This document shows, piece after piece, positions 11,095-22,999 of a stretch of DNA of 64,000 nt; position 1 is the stretch's first letter, and each line of letters starts with the position of its first letter. The notes below the pieces were generated by a model. That model made no database searches. It had not been told where the DNA came from and saw only the letters and a program-made list of their open reading frames with translations. This DNA is from Lingula anatina (Eukaryota; Animalia; Brachiopoda). The position numbers and the translations under genes were made by a program. The stretch covers positions 30,089,967 to 30,153,966 of the forward strand of contig CM120640.1 of assembly GCA_051362555.1 (NCBI GenBank), in the 5' to 3' direction.

Positions 11095-12185
11095 ATTTTG
11101 TACACTGTCAATCCTGATTATCAACTTTCATAATAACACACCTTCATGCCACCAGACCTTTCAAATATATGAATTTCAATTATTGTATAACATTTGTTGC
11201 ATTGTAGATCCTGACTAGCAAACTATATTATAATTCACCTTTATCTCATCAAATGAACTTTTTAGTTCTGTATAACAATTGTTGCAGTGTCCATCTGGAC
11301 TACAAACCTTTATAAAATATACCTTCATCCCATAACGCTTTTCTATTATAAATTTCAAGTCTGTATAACATTTGTTGCAGTGTCAATCCTGACTAGTAAC
11401 CTTCCTAAATTATACCTTCATTCCATCATGTTTTTTCCCAATATAATTTTCAGTTTTGTATAACATTTGTCGCAGTGTCAATTCTGACTGGCAACTTTTA
11501 TAAAATACATCTTCATTCCATAACAACTTTCAAATATATATTTCAATTCTGTATAACATTTGTTGCATTGTCAATCCTGACTGGCAACCTTCATAAAAAT
11601 ATACCAACATGCCATAAAAACTTTCAAATATATATATTTTATTTCTGTATAACATTTGTTGCAGTGTCAATCTTGACTGGCAAGCTTCATAAAAATACAC
11701 TGTCATTCCATCACGCCTTCTACATATAAATTTCAATTCTGTATAATGTTTGTTGCAGTGTCAATCCTGACTCGCAACCTTCATAAAAATACGTCCTCAT
11801 CCCATCACGCCTTATACATATAAATTTTTAATTATTATAATGATTGTTGCAGTGTCAATCCTGACTGGCAACTTGCATAAAAATACGCCTTCATCCCATC
11901 TCGTCTTTCAATTATAATTTTCTAATTTTCAATTCTGTCTAACATTTGTTATATTGTCAATTCTGACGGGTAAAAATACACTCATCCCATCAGGACATTC
12001 AATTACACCATCCCATCACTCCTTTCAAATACATATTTCATCCTTTATAATATTTGTTACCTTTTAAATTCTGACTTACAACCTTCACAAAAATACAGCA
12101 TCCCATCACGCCTTGAAATATAACCTTGGTTTTTAGAAAATATCCTTGTATTAAAATCCTGTCTCCCTGTCAATCCTGACTGCCA
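11095..12185. repeat. Diverged ~86-100-bp (about 94-bp) tandem repeat, ~11-12 copies, lying where RNase H is expected
   Basis: Core tgtataacatttgttgcagtgtcaatcctgactggcaaccttcataaaaatac recurs near 11183, 11269, 11363, 11457, 11550, 11646, 11740, 11835, 11937. Confidence 0.9.
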
Positions 12186-13100
12186 TTTAAAAATAGATGT
12201 CTTTTATTTAGACGATGAATGTTTGACAACCAAAAATGTAACTCATTCAGAATTTCTGTATTTGAACGAACATTTTTGCATTCGTCCCAACTGTTTCTAT
12301 CATTGATTGCGTGATACATATTTCTTGTCATTAATCTACTAATATCTCCAATAACTGTTGACATTGATATAATTTTTCCTGTAATTCAAGCCAATTCACG
12401 TGCTGATGTCATATTAATATTTTGCATTAGTTTTCTAATATCAATTTTCAATTCTGAAACCCTTTTTTCTGTGATTGATATCGTACCCTGTATCAAATTC
12501 CAATGAATACCTAACCAATCAATCTCTTGAACTGGTCTCCATATACTCTTTTCATTGTTTACTACAAAATCCGATTTTTTCAAATCTCCCCTCATTTTGC
12601 CTGAATATTTTTTGCACAGCTCAAAATCATCACTAAATCCAAAGCCATCATCCAAATACAACACTATAGGTATATACCATGCTCTCCAGTGTTTAACCAA
12701 ACACCTTAAAACAATAATAACTCTTCCTTTGAGATTAAAAATTCCGCAAGAAATACATTGTAAACAATGCATGGAAATATGTTCTGTTGTATTTTATATT
12801 TACGCATCTCAAATCTAAAACCAAACGTTTCTTTTTCCCACCGTCAAAGGATTAACAACTTGTGGTATCCCGTTAAATTCTTTGATACGACCTGATTTTA
12901 ACAAATCTAATATTGATTCTTCTACATTATTGTCTAATGCAGACTTGTTGTTTTTCATAATCATTTTTGGTGGTGTATTTATAAAAGGAATAACATATCC
13001 TTGTTTTATTACATCTAATACATACGTATTGGCATGAATACTTTCCCAAAAAAGCTACATTCTTCTTCAATCTACCTTTCACATTGTCGCTATTATACTT
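12186..13100 (-). pseudogene. Reverse transcriptase of the Ngaro element (internally deleted; RNase H missing)
   Basis: VKGRLK..GYVIPF..NNKSAL..VVNPLTV..KKRLVLDLRCVN, then LVKHWRA..IVLYLDDGFG..EKSIWRPVQEIDWLGIHWN..SARELA*ITGKIISM..LHFWLSNI; DIRS/Ngaro-type RT motifs. Confidence 0.92.
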
Positions 13101-13122
13101 ATCTTTTAGAGTTGTATCTTTC

Positions 13123-14039
13123 TTATTGACTGCTGACCTGTGCGTAGCTGTAGTAGCTTGGGTTTGGTTGCGTGCTGTTTTGAAAATATGACTGCTTTTG
13201 CTGTTTAAATTTGTAGCATTCTGCTCGCCAGTGACCGTATTGTCCGCATCCAAAACACTGGTCATGCTTGGACGGTTGACTTCTTTTGGCTCGAAAAAGC
13301 CTTTTGAATGGCCCTGAACCTGAAAAATTGGTTGAGGCTGTATATTGAGCAGGCATATTGGAATAGCTATTATAAACACCAGATCTACGTTGACCAACAT
13401 TGTTGCGTTTCTGTTTTTTCTGGCGCAATTTTCTATTTGCTCTTATCTGGGCTGAACGAATTTTCTTTTCGTCTTCACTATCATCTGCAAGTTCATCGGA
13501 TTGATATTCTTCCACAGCTTCCCAACCAGTATCCAATTTGTCCGCCAACCTTATAAGCTTGTTATGTTTCTTGATTTGATCTATGGACCTTTTCAGTAAC
13601 TGTCTAAGAGACTTCACTTCCCCTTTTCTAAAAGTAACTCTCCGCAAGCTCAAGATTGTCAAGTGCTTTCTGTTTCCTGTAAACTTGAATTCAGTGTCAT
13701 GGGATGACCTCATTTTTTTGTTCTCTGCTATATTTTCTCAGACAGTTCTCTTTTTAATCCTTTAAACTTTTGATCCATATAGGATTTAAACAAATTGAAA
13801 GTATCAGCAAGATTTGAGCCAACTTCATCTGATATTTCTTGGCCGCTCCCTTCATTTTCAAGCTCTCCACTCTCCTCGGCCGAGTAGTTTTTAGCCTCTT
13901 TGTTTGATGCCACACCCTCTGCATCCGACTGTATCAGCTCAGGTTCGCTCACCTCAGGCTTCTCAAGTTCTTTCTCAGTATGTTCAGAATCCGACACAAA
14001 CACTTTCACTATCCTTTGTGATTTTCTTCCCTTTGGCAT
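13123..14039 (-). pseudogene. Gag-like ORF1 of the Ngaro element, with one frameshift near 13715-13730
   Basis: ORFs 13728-14039 and 13123-13713 join; NKLIRLADK..GWEAVEEYQSDELADDSEDEKKIRSA motif typical of Ngaro-like ORF1; zinc knuckle CFGCGQYGHWRAEC (CX2CX4HX4C). Confidence 0.88.
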
Positions 14040-14074
14040 AATAGAAGTTTAAAATATGAAATTCAAGCTTAGGA

Positions 14075-14234
14075 AAACTGGAATGTCTGTGCAGTAGCAT
14101 AGCTCGACTTCGAATGATCGTTTCCCATCCTCACGTGATCTGTTCACCTTTTGAACACAGCTCCCCCTGTACCTCCTAATGACCTTCCTCCTAAGACACA
14201 TCATCGTTGACCTGTTAAACGACAATAAATACAT
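14075..14234 (-). repeat. Split direct repeat A1 (element 5' terminus)
   Basis: Matches 4890-5049; ends ~35 bp upstream of the gag ATG (14039). Confidence 0.92.
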
Positions 14235-17200
14235 CTATAATGACAGTGACAACACCAACATGCACAGTTAAAATAATGACTAAAAATAAATAAACTGACA
14301 AAACTGACATCCACATTGCTCACAATAAATACAAACACGAACAGTGACAACACAAACATGCACAGTAATCAAAATAAATAAAAACAAGCACAGTCAAATT
14401 ACCGACATACAAAATGATTAGAAAAAAATATCAAATGTACAGTGACAACAGTAACATTTACCATAATAAGAATGAACACGACGAAAAAGAGTGAAAACAA
14501 AGTTGTACACAGTCATCTCATAATGTACAAACATATTCAGTAACAATACAGAATAGAAACAGCAAACAGCATATAAAAAGACACATAAACATAGTGACAA
14601 CAGCATCATGCACAATAATAGTAATGATTACAAACAAATAGTGACAAAACTGACATACACAGTGCTCACAATAAATACAAACACGAACAGTGACAACACA
14701 AACATGCACAGTAACCAAAATAAATACAAACAAATGCAGTCACAAAACAGACATACACAGTGATTAGAAAAAAAATTTCACATGAACAGTGACAACAGTA
14801 ACATTACCGTAATAAGAATGAACACAACGAAAAACAGTGAAAACGAAGTTGTACACAGTCATCTCATAATGTACAAACACATTCAGTAACAATACAGAAT
14901 AGACACAGCAAAGAGAATGTAAACAGACACATAGACAATACAGTGACAACACCATCATGCAGAGTAATAGTAATGATTACAAACAAATAGAGTGACAAAA
15001 CTGACATACACAGTGCTCACAATAAATACAAACATCAACAGTTACAACAGCAACAAACACAGTAATCAAATTAAATGCAAACAAAAACAGTCACAAAACA
15101 GACATACACAGTGATTAGGAAAAAAATTCACATGTACAGTGACAACAGTAACATTCACCGTAATAAGAATGAACACAACGAAAAAGAGTGAAAACGAAGT
15201 TGTACACAGTCATCTCATAATGTACAAACATATTCAGTAACAATACAGAATAGACACAGCAGACAGAATATAAAGAGACACATAGAGATACAGTGACAAC
15301 ACCATCATACAGAGAAATAGTAATGATTACATAGAAACACAGTCACAATACAGACATGCACAGTGATCAGAATAAATTTTAACATGTACAGTGACCACAC
15401 AACCATGCATAGTAACAAGAATAAATTAAAACAAACACAGTAAAAATATAGACAAACACAGTAATTAGAAACAAATTTCACTTGTACAGTGACAACAGTA
15501 ACATTTAACGTAATAAGAATGAACACAATGAAAAACAGTGAAAATGAAGTTGTACACAGTCATCTCATAATCTACAAACACATTCAGTAACAATACAGAA
15601 TAGACACAGCACACAGAATATAAGAGACACAGAGATACACTGACAACACCATCATGCAGAGTAATAGTAATGATTACAAACAAATAGAGTGACAAAACTG
15701 ACATACACAGTGCTCAAAATAAATACAAACACGAATAGTGACAACACAAACATGCACAGTAACCAAAATAAATAAAAACAAACAGTAAAAATACAGACAA
15801 ACACAGTAATTAGAAACAAATTTCACATGTACAGTGACAACAGAAACATTTATCGAAATGAGAATGAACACAACGAAAAAGAGTGAAAACGAAATTGTAC
15901 ACAGTCATCTATAATGTACAAACACATTCAGTAACAATAAAGAATAGACACAGCAGACAAAATATAAAGAGACACATAGAGATACAGTGACAACACCATC
16001 ATACAGAGAAATAGTAATGATTACATAGAAACACAGTCACAATACAGACATGCACAGTGATCAGAATAAATTTTAACATGTACAGTGACCACACAACCAT
16101 GCATAGTAACAAGAATAAATAAAAACAAACACAGTAAAAATATAGACAAACACAGTAATTAGAAACAAATTTCACTTGTACAGTGACAACAGTAACATTT
16201 GCCGTAATAAGAATGAACACAACGAAAAAGAGTGAAAACGAAGTTGTACACAGTCATCTCATAATGTACAAACATATTCAGTAACAATACAGAATAGACA
16301 CAGCAAAGAGAATATAAACAGACACATAGACATACAGTGAAAACACCATCACGCAGAGTATAATAGAAATGATTACAAACAAATAAGAGTGACAAAACTG
16401 ACATACACAGTGCTCACAATAAATACAAACATCATCAGTAACGACAGCAACAAACACAGTAATCAAATTAAATGCAAACAAAAACAGTCACAAAACAGAC
16501 ATACACAGTGATTAGGAAAAAAATTCACATGTACAGTGACAACAGTAACATTCACCGTAATAAGAATGAACACAACGAAAAAGAGTGAAAACGAAGTTGT
16601 ACACAGTCATCTCATAATGTACAAACATATTCAGTAACAATACAGAATAGACACAGCAGACAGAATATAAAGAGACACATAGAGATACAGTGACAACACC
16701 ATCATACAGAGAAATAGTAATGATTACATAGAAACACAGTCACAATACAGACATGCACAGTGATCAGAATAAATTTTAACATGTACAGTGACCACACAAC
16801 CATGCATAGTAACAAGAATAAATAAAAACAAACACAGTAAAAATATAGACAAACACAGTAATTAGAAACAAATTTCACTTGTACAGTGACAACAGTAACA
16901 TTTGCCGTAATAAGAATGAACACAACGAAAAAGAGTGAAAACGAAGTTGTACACAGTCATCTCATAATGTACAAACATATTCAGTAACAATACAGAATAG
17001 ACACAGCAAAGAGAATATAAACAGACACATAGACATACAGTGAAAACACCATCACGCAGAGTATAATAGTAATGATTACAAACAAATATAGTGACAAAAC
17101 TGACATAAACAGTGCTCACAATAAATACAAACATCAACAGTAACAACACCAACAAACACAGTAATCAAAATAAATACAAAGAAACACAGTCACAATACAG

Positions 17201-17595
17201 TCATACACAGTGATCAGAATAAATTTTGACATGTACAGTGACAAAAGTAAGATTCACTATAATAAGACTGAACAAAACGAAAAAGAGTGAAAACGAAGTT
17301 GTACACAGTCATCTCATAATGTACAAACATATTCAGTAACAATACAGAATAGACACAGCAGATGGAATATAAAGAGACACATAGAGATACAGTGACAACA
17401 CCATCATGCAGAGTAATAGTAATGATTACAAACAAATAGAGTGACAAAACTGTCATACACAGTGCTCACAATAAATACAAACACGAACAGTGACAACACA
17501 AACATGCACAGTAACCAAAATAAATAAAAACAAGCCCAGGCAAAACACAGACATACACAGTGATTAGAAAAAATATCAAATGTACAGTGACAACA

Positions 17596-17949
17596 TGTAG
17601 GGGTCTATGTTCCACCCTACCCAGGTTTTTCTAATATTTTGCATTTCACTGATGCATGGGAGAGGGAATATAACCAGACTCGCATATTCAGTTCCAAGTC
17701 TAAAAGTCTTTATTAGGTCCCAACATTCAGCATTTATACACATTATCTACAGGGAATCTATCTGCATGCCACAGTGGCAGCAACTCATTTAAATACTAAT
17801 TGCAATGCAATAGATAACAAGTGAGAGCTTCTACTTTTAAGTTATTTCATTCAAGACTGAAGCAAGGTGAATGATAATATGCTGACTGACTGTATAAACA
17901 TAATATGTAAATGAGTGATTTCATCACATGCATTTAGTGGACCTTAACA
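17596..17949 (-). repeat. 3' LTR (354 bp)
   Basis: tgtagggg...ccttaaca with imperfect terminal inverted repeat; immediately preceded on the minus strand by a purine tract. Confidence 0.82.
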
Positions 17950-17965
17950 TGTTCCTTCTTTTTCC
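17950..17965 (-). promoter_or_regulatory. Polypurine tract (ggaaaaagaaggaaca on the minus strand)
   Basis: Plus strand tgttccttctttttcc directly abuts the LTR. Confidence 0.75.
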
Positions 17966-18077
17966 ACAAAAAAAATTATGGTTACATAATTTTTTGAAAT
18001 AAAGATTCCACAGCATACTCAAAGATAAAATTTAAACAGCTAAATACTTATACAAAATATCTATCTCATGATTCAAT

Positions 18078-18111
<34 letters not shown>

Positions 18112-18805
18112 AAAATAGATATCATTACTTTTTCTAACAATTGTAATAAATTCAGTTCATTGTCTATTCCATTGCTGTACAAAGACGTCATTATTCTAAT
18201 GAAATTTAATTTGAATTTTTATGCTTCCAAAATATTTTGACAGAGATAAATGTCCAGTTATCATACAGATTGTTTAAACAGCTTTTCTAATGGACTGTAC
18301 ATTTAAAATCTCATCAGTTAAACAATTCAGTATCAGGTATATCATGAAACTGTATTCTTTCTTCCATAATACATATCTTGGGAATCTCCCTACATGTTGG
18401 AAATTTACCATTTTTGAATAAAAAAACCTACTGTCACATATTCTTTATAATTCAATTTAACCTTATCTGTAAACACAATTTATGTTATTATTTTCAAATA
18501 TGTAAGTCATGAATCATTTGGTGCAATTTTACTTAAAACATTGAAACAAGAATATTAAATACTGAGCCAAGTGTAAAATATAGATCTATAAATCCCCCGA
18601 ACCTACAGTACAGCTCTAACTGATGCACTATCCTTTAAATGAATAAAAAAAAATCATATCTTAATTTGAGAGAACAGTTTCATTAGCTCTGTATGTATAA
18701 ATTCAAATTATTTTCTTTTTATCAAGAGCTTGTAAAATATGTGGGTATTACCTCCAATATTTCTGTGACTGTCAGTCACCATCATCAGGGAGTAAATGAC
18801 TAGGG

Positions 18806-19540
18806 TCATTTCACCTGGAATGAAAATCCAGGATATCTTAATTTGCAGTGTGGAAGAAGTGTCCATTTTAGTTTCTTTGCCATAAACTTTCTCTGCACCT
18901 TTTTGTTGTCTCTGTGAAATTCCCATTTTACATCTGTCCATTCTTTTGCATTCTCATAAACATTTTCTGTGTCTGAACCTTGTTTGTCTTCATTCTCTAC
19001 AACTTTAAGTACCTCCTCACCTGCACTTTGTTTCATCTCTACTTAAGTAAGTTTGTCTCTGTCTGTATCTTTGAAATTAGAAAAATCCATTTCCATCGGT
19101 TCATCATTAAGTCCTTCATCAGCATTCTTTACATAATCCGTTACAGCCTTTTCATCTACACCATGTTTCTCCACATACTTTGGGTCATCATCATCATCAA
19201 GTCCTTCATCTGTATTCTTTACATCATCTGTTAAAGCCTTTTCAAATACATCAGGTTTCTCATAATACTTTAGTTCACCTATTCTACTCTCTCTTTCAAT
19301 TAATCTGTTGTCATCATCATCATCAGTTTTCAATCCTGGCTCTTGTTCTTGTTCTTTCTCGACATACCCTTTACATTTCACATTTCTGCACTTTCATGAA
19401 ATCGGTTCCCTTTTCTACCTCTTGTTCCTTTATAATCATAATGTCCTTGCTGAGTTCATTTCAATCATTTTCCTCACCTGCATCACGTTCCTTTACAAAC
19501 TTCATCTGATTCATACATTCATCCTCATTAGCCATAGTCA
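18806..19540 (-). pseudogene. Acidic low-complexity ORF remnant within the LTR element
   Basis: ORFs 19043-19381 and 18806-19036 are D/E/K-rich with an internal repeat (EKALTDDVKNTDEGL / EKAVTDYVKNADEGL); no recognisable domain. Confidence 0.45.
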
Positions 19541-22500
19541 GTGTCTCCTGTATAAACATAATATGTAAATGAGTGATTTCATCACATGCATTTAGTGGAC
19601 CTTAACAAACAGTAACATGCACCACAATGAGAACGAACACAACGAAAAAAAGTAAAAAACATAGCTGCACACAGTCATCACAGTATGTACAAACTCATTC
19701 AGTTACAATACAGAAAAGACACAGCAGACAGAATATAAACAGACACATAGAGATACAGTGACAACACCATCATGCAGAGTAATAGTAATGATTACAAACA
19801 AATAGAGTGACAAAACTGACATACACAGTGCTCACAATAAATACAAACATCAACAGTAACAACACCAACATGCACAGTAATCAAAATAAATGCAAACAAA
19901 ATGTCACAAAACAGACATACACAGCGATTAGAAAAAAAATTCACATGTACAGTGACAACAGTAACATTCACCGTATGAACACAACGAAAAACAGTGAAAA
20001 CGAAGTTGTACATAGTCATCTCATAATGTACAAACACATTCAGTAACAATACAGAATAGACACAGCACACAGAATATAAAGAGACACAGAGATACACTGA
20101 CAACACAATCATGCAGAGCAATAGTAATGATAACAAACAAATAGAGTGACAAAACTGACATACACATTGCTCACAATAAATACAAACACGAACAGTGACA
20201 AAATTGTGTGACAAACACAGTAAAAATACAGACAAAAACAGTAATTAGAAACAAATTTCACTTGTACAGTGACAACAGTAACATTTACTGTAATAAGAAT
20301 GAACACAACGAAAAAGAGTGAAAACGAAGCTGTACACAGTCATCTCATAATGTGCAAACACTTTCAGTTACAATACAGAATAGACACAGCAGACAGAATA
20401 TAAAGAGACACATAGAAATACAGTGACAACACCATCATACAGAGTAATAGTAATGATTACATACAAACACAGTCACAATACAGACATACACAGTGATCAG
20501 AATAAATTTTAACATGTATAGTGACCACACAACCATGCATAGTAACAAGAATAAACACAAATTAATCGGGTGATTACACAGTCATACACAGTGATCACAA
20601 TAAATAGAAACATTAACATAAAAAAACTGACATAAACAGTGGTCAAAATAAATATTAACAGGTACAGTGATAATAACATGCACAATAATCAAAATGAATA
20701 CAAACAAACACAGTCACAATACAGACATACACAGTGATCAGAATAAATTTTAATATGTCCAGTGACCACAGAACCATGCATAGTAACAAGAATAAACACA
20801 AATTAATCGGGTGATTACACAGTCATACACAGTGATCACAATATATATATATACAAACACATTCAATGACAATACAGAATGGAAACAGTGATCAGAGTAT
20901 AAACAGACATATAAACTATAATAATAGTAACAATACCAACATGCACAGTTAAAATAATGACTAAAAATAAATAAACAGACAAAACTGACATCCACATTGC
21001 TGACAATAGATATAAACACAAACAGTGCCAACGCTAAAATGCACAATGATCAAAATGACTACAAATAGAGTGAAAAAACTGACATACACATTGCTCACAA
21101 TAAATACAAACATGAACAGTGACAAAACAACCATGCACAGTAATCAAAATAAATAAAAACAAGCACAGTCAAAACACAGACATACACAATGATTAGAAAA
21201 AAAAATTAAATGTACAATGACAACAGTAACGTGCCACATAATGAGAACAAACACAACGAAAAAATGTAAAAAACATAGCTGCACACAGTCATCACAGTAT
21301 GTACAAACTCATTCAGTAACAATACAGAATAGACACAGCAAACAGCATATAAACAGACACATAGACATACAGTGACAACACCATCATGGAGAGTAATAGA
21401 AATGATTACAAACAAATAAGAGTGACAAAACTGACATACACAGTGCTCACAATAAATACAAACATCATCAGTAACAACAGCAACAAACACTGTAATCAAA
21501 TTAAATGCAAACAAAAACAGTCACAAAACAGACATACACAGTGATTAGAAAAAAATTTCACATGTAGTGACAACAATGACATTCACCATAATGAAAATGA
21601 ACACAAGGAAAAAGAGTAAAAAAATTTCAAACATAAAGGGACAACAGTAACATTCACCTTAATGACAATGAACACAAGGTAAAAGAGTGAAAACGAAATC
21701 GTAAACAGTCATCTCGATATGAACAAACACATTCAGTAACAATACAGAATAGAAACAGCACACAGAATATAAACAGACACATAGACATACAGTGACAACA
21801 CCATCACACACAGTAATAGTAATGATTACAAACAAATAGAGTGACAAAACTGACATACACAGTGCTCACAATAAATACAAACATGAACAGTAACAACACC
21901 AACAAACACAGTAATCAAAATAAATACAAACAAACACAGTCACAAAACAGGAACACAGTGATTAGAAAAAAATTTCACAAGTACAGTGAAAACAATGACA
22001 TTCACCATAATGAGAATGAACACAAGGAAAAAGAGTAAAAAAATTTCAAACGTACAGGGACAACAGTAACATTCACCTTAATGACAAGAACACAAGGTAA
22101 AAGAGTGAAAACGAAATCGTAAACAGTCATCTCGATATGAACAAACACATTCAGTAACAATACAGAATAGAAACAGCAAACAGCATATAAACAGACACAT
22201 AGACATATATTGACAACATCATCATGCAGAGTAATGGTAATGATTACAAACAAATAGAGTTAAAAAAACTGACATACACAGTGCTCACAATAAATACAAA
22301 CACGAACAGTGACAACACAAACATGCGCAGTAACCAAAATAATAAAAACAAACACAGTAAAAATACAGACAAACACAGTAATTAGAAACAAATTTCACTT
22401 GTACAGTGACAACAGTAACATTTACCGTAATGAGAATGAACACAACGAAAAACAGTGAAAACAAAGTTGTACACAGTCATCTCATAATGTACAAACACAT

Positions 22501-22999
22501 TCAGTAACAATACAGAATAGACACAGCACACAGAATATAAACAGACACATTTACATAGTGACAACACCATCATGCACAATAATAGTAATGATTACAAACG
22601 AATAGAGTGACAAAACTGACATACACAGTGCTCACAATAAATACAAACATCAACAGTTACAACACCAACAAACACAGTAATCAAAAAAAATACAAATAAC
22701 ACAGTCACAAAACAGAAACACAGTGATTAGAAAAAAATTTCACATGTACAGTGACAACAATGACATTCACCATAATAAGAATGAACACAAGGAAAAAGAG
22801 TAAAAAAATTTCAAATGTACAGGGACTACAGTAACATTCACCTTAATGACAATGAACACAACGAAAAACAGTGAAAACGAAGTTGTACACAGTCATCTCA
22901 TAATGTACAAACACATTCAGTAACAATACAGAATAGACACAGCAAAGAGAATATAAACAGACACATAGACATACAGTGAAAACACCATCACGCAGAGTA

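Larger units (their letters stand above)
4576..14234 (-). mobile_element. Ngaro-type (DIRS order) tyrosine-recombinase retrotransposon, decayed, with nested insertions
   Basis: Split direct repeats A1...B1-A2...B2; gag with CCHC knuckle; RT with YLDD; YR with HSLRAGG; no TSD; flanks rejoin into intact satellite. Confidence 0.93.
17596..19607 (-). mobile_element. Internally deleted LTR retrotransposon (4-bp TSD, Gypsy-like)
   Basis: TG..CA ends; TSD aaca at 17592-17595 and 19608-19611; full 354-bp 3' LTR; only the first 60 bp of the 5' LTR remain (19548-19607 identical to 17890-17949); PPT present. Confidence 0.85.

Noticed and set aside
11095-12185. CRISPR-like look (conserved core plus variable segment) next to an RT
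   Set aside because: The variable segments are homologous to one another, the cores are degenerate, there are no cas genes, and the context is eukaryotic
17596-19607. Alternative reading as a TGT..ACA DNA transposon
   Set aside because: The terminal inverted match is weak, while a direct terminal repeat plus an adjacent PPT fit an LTR element better
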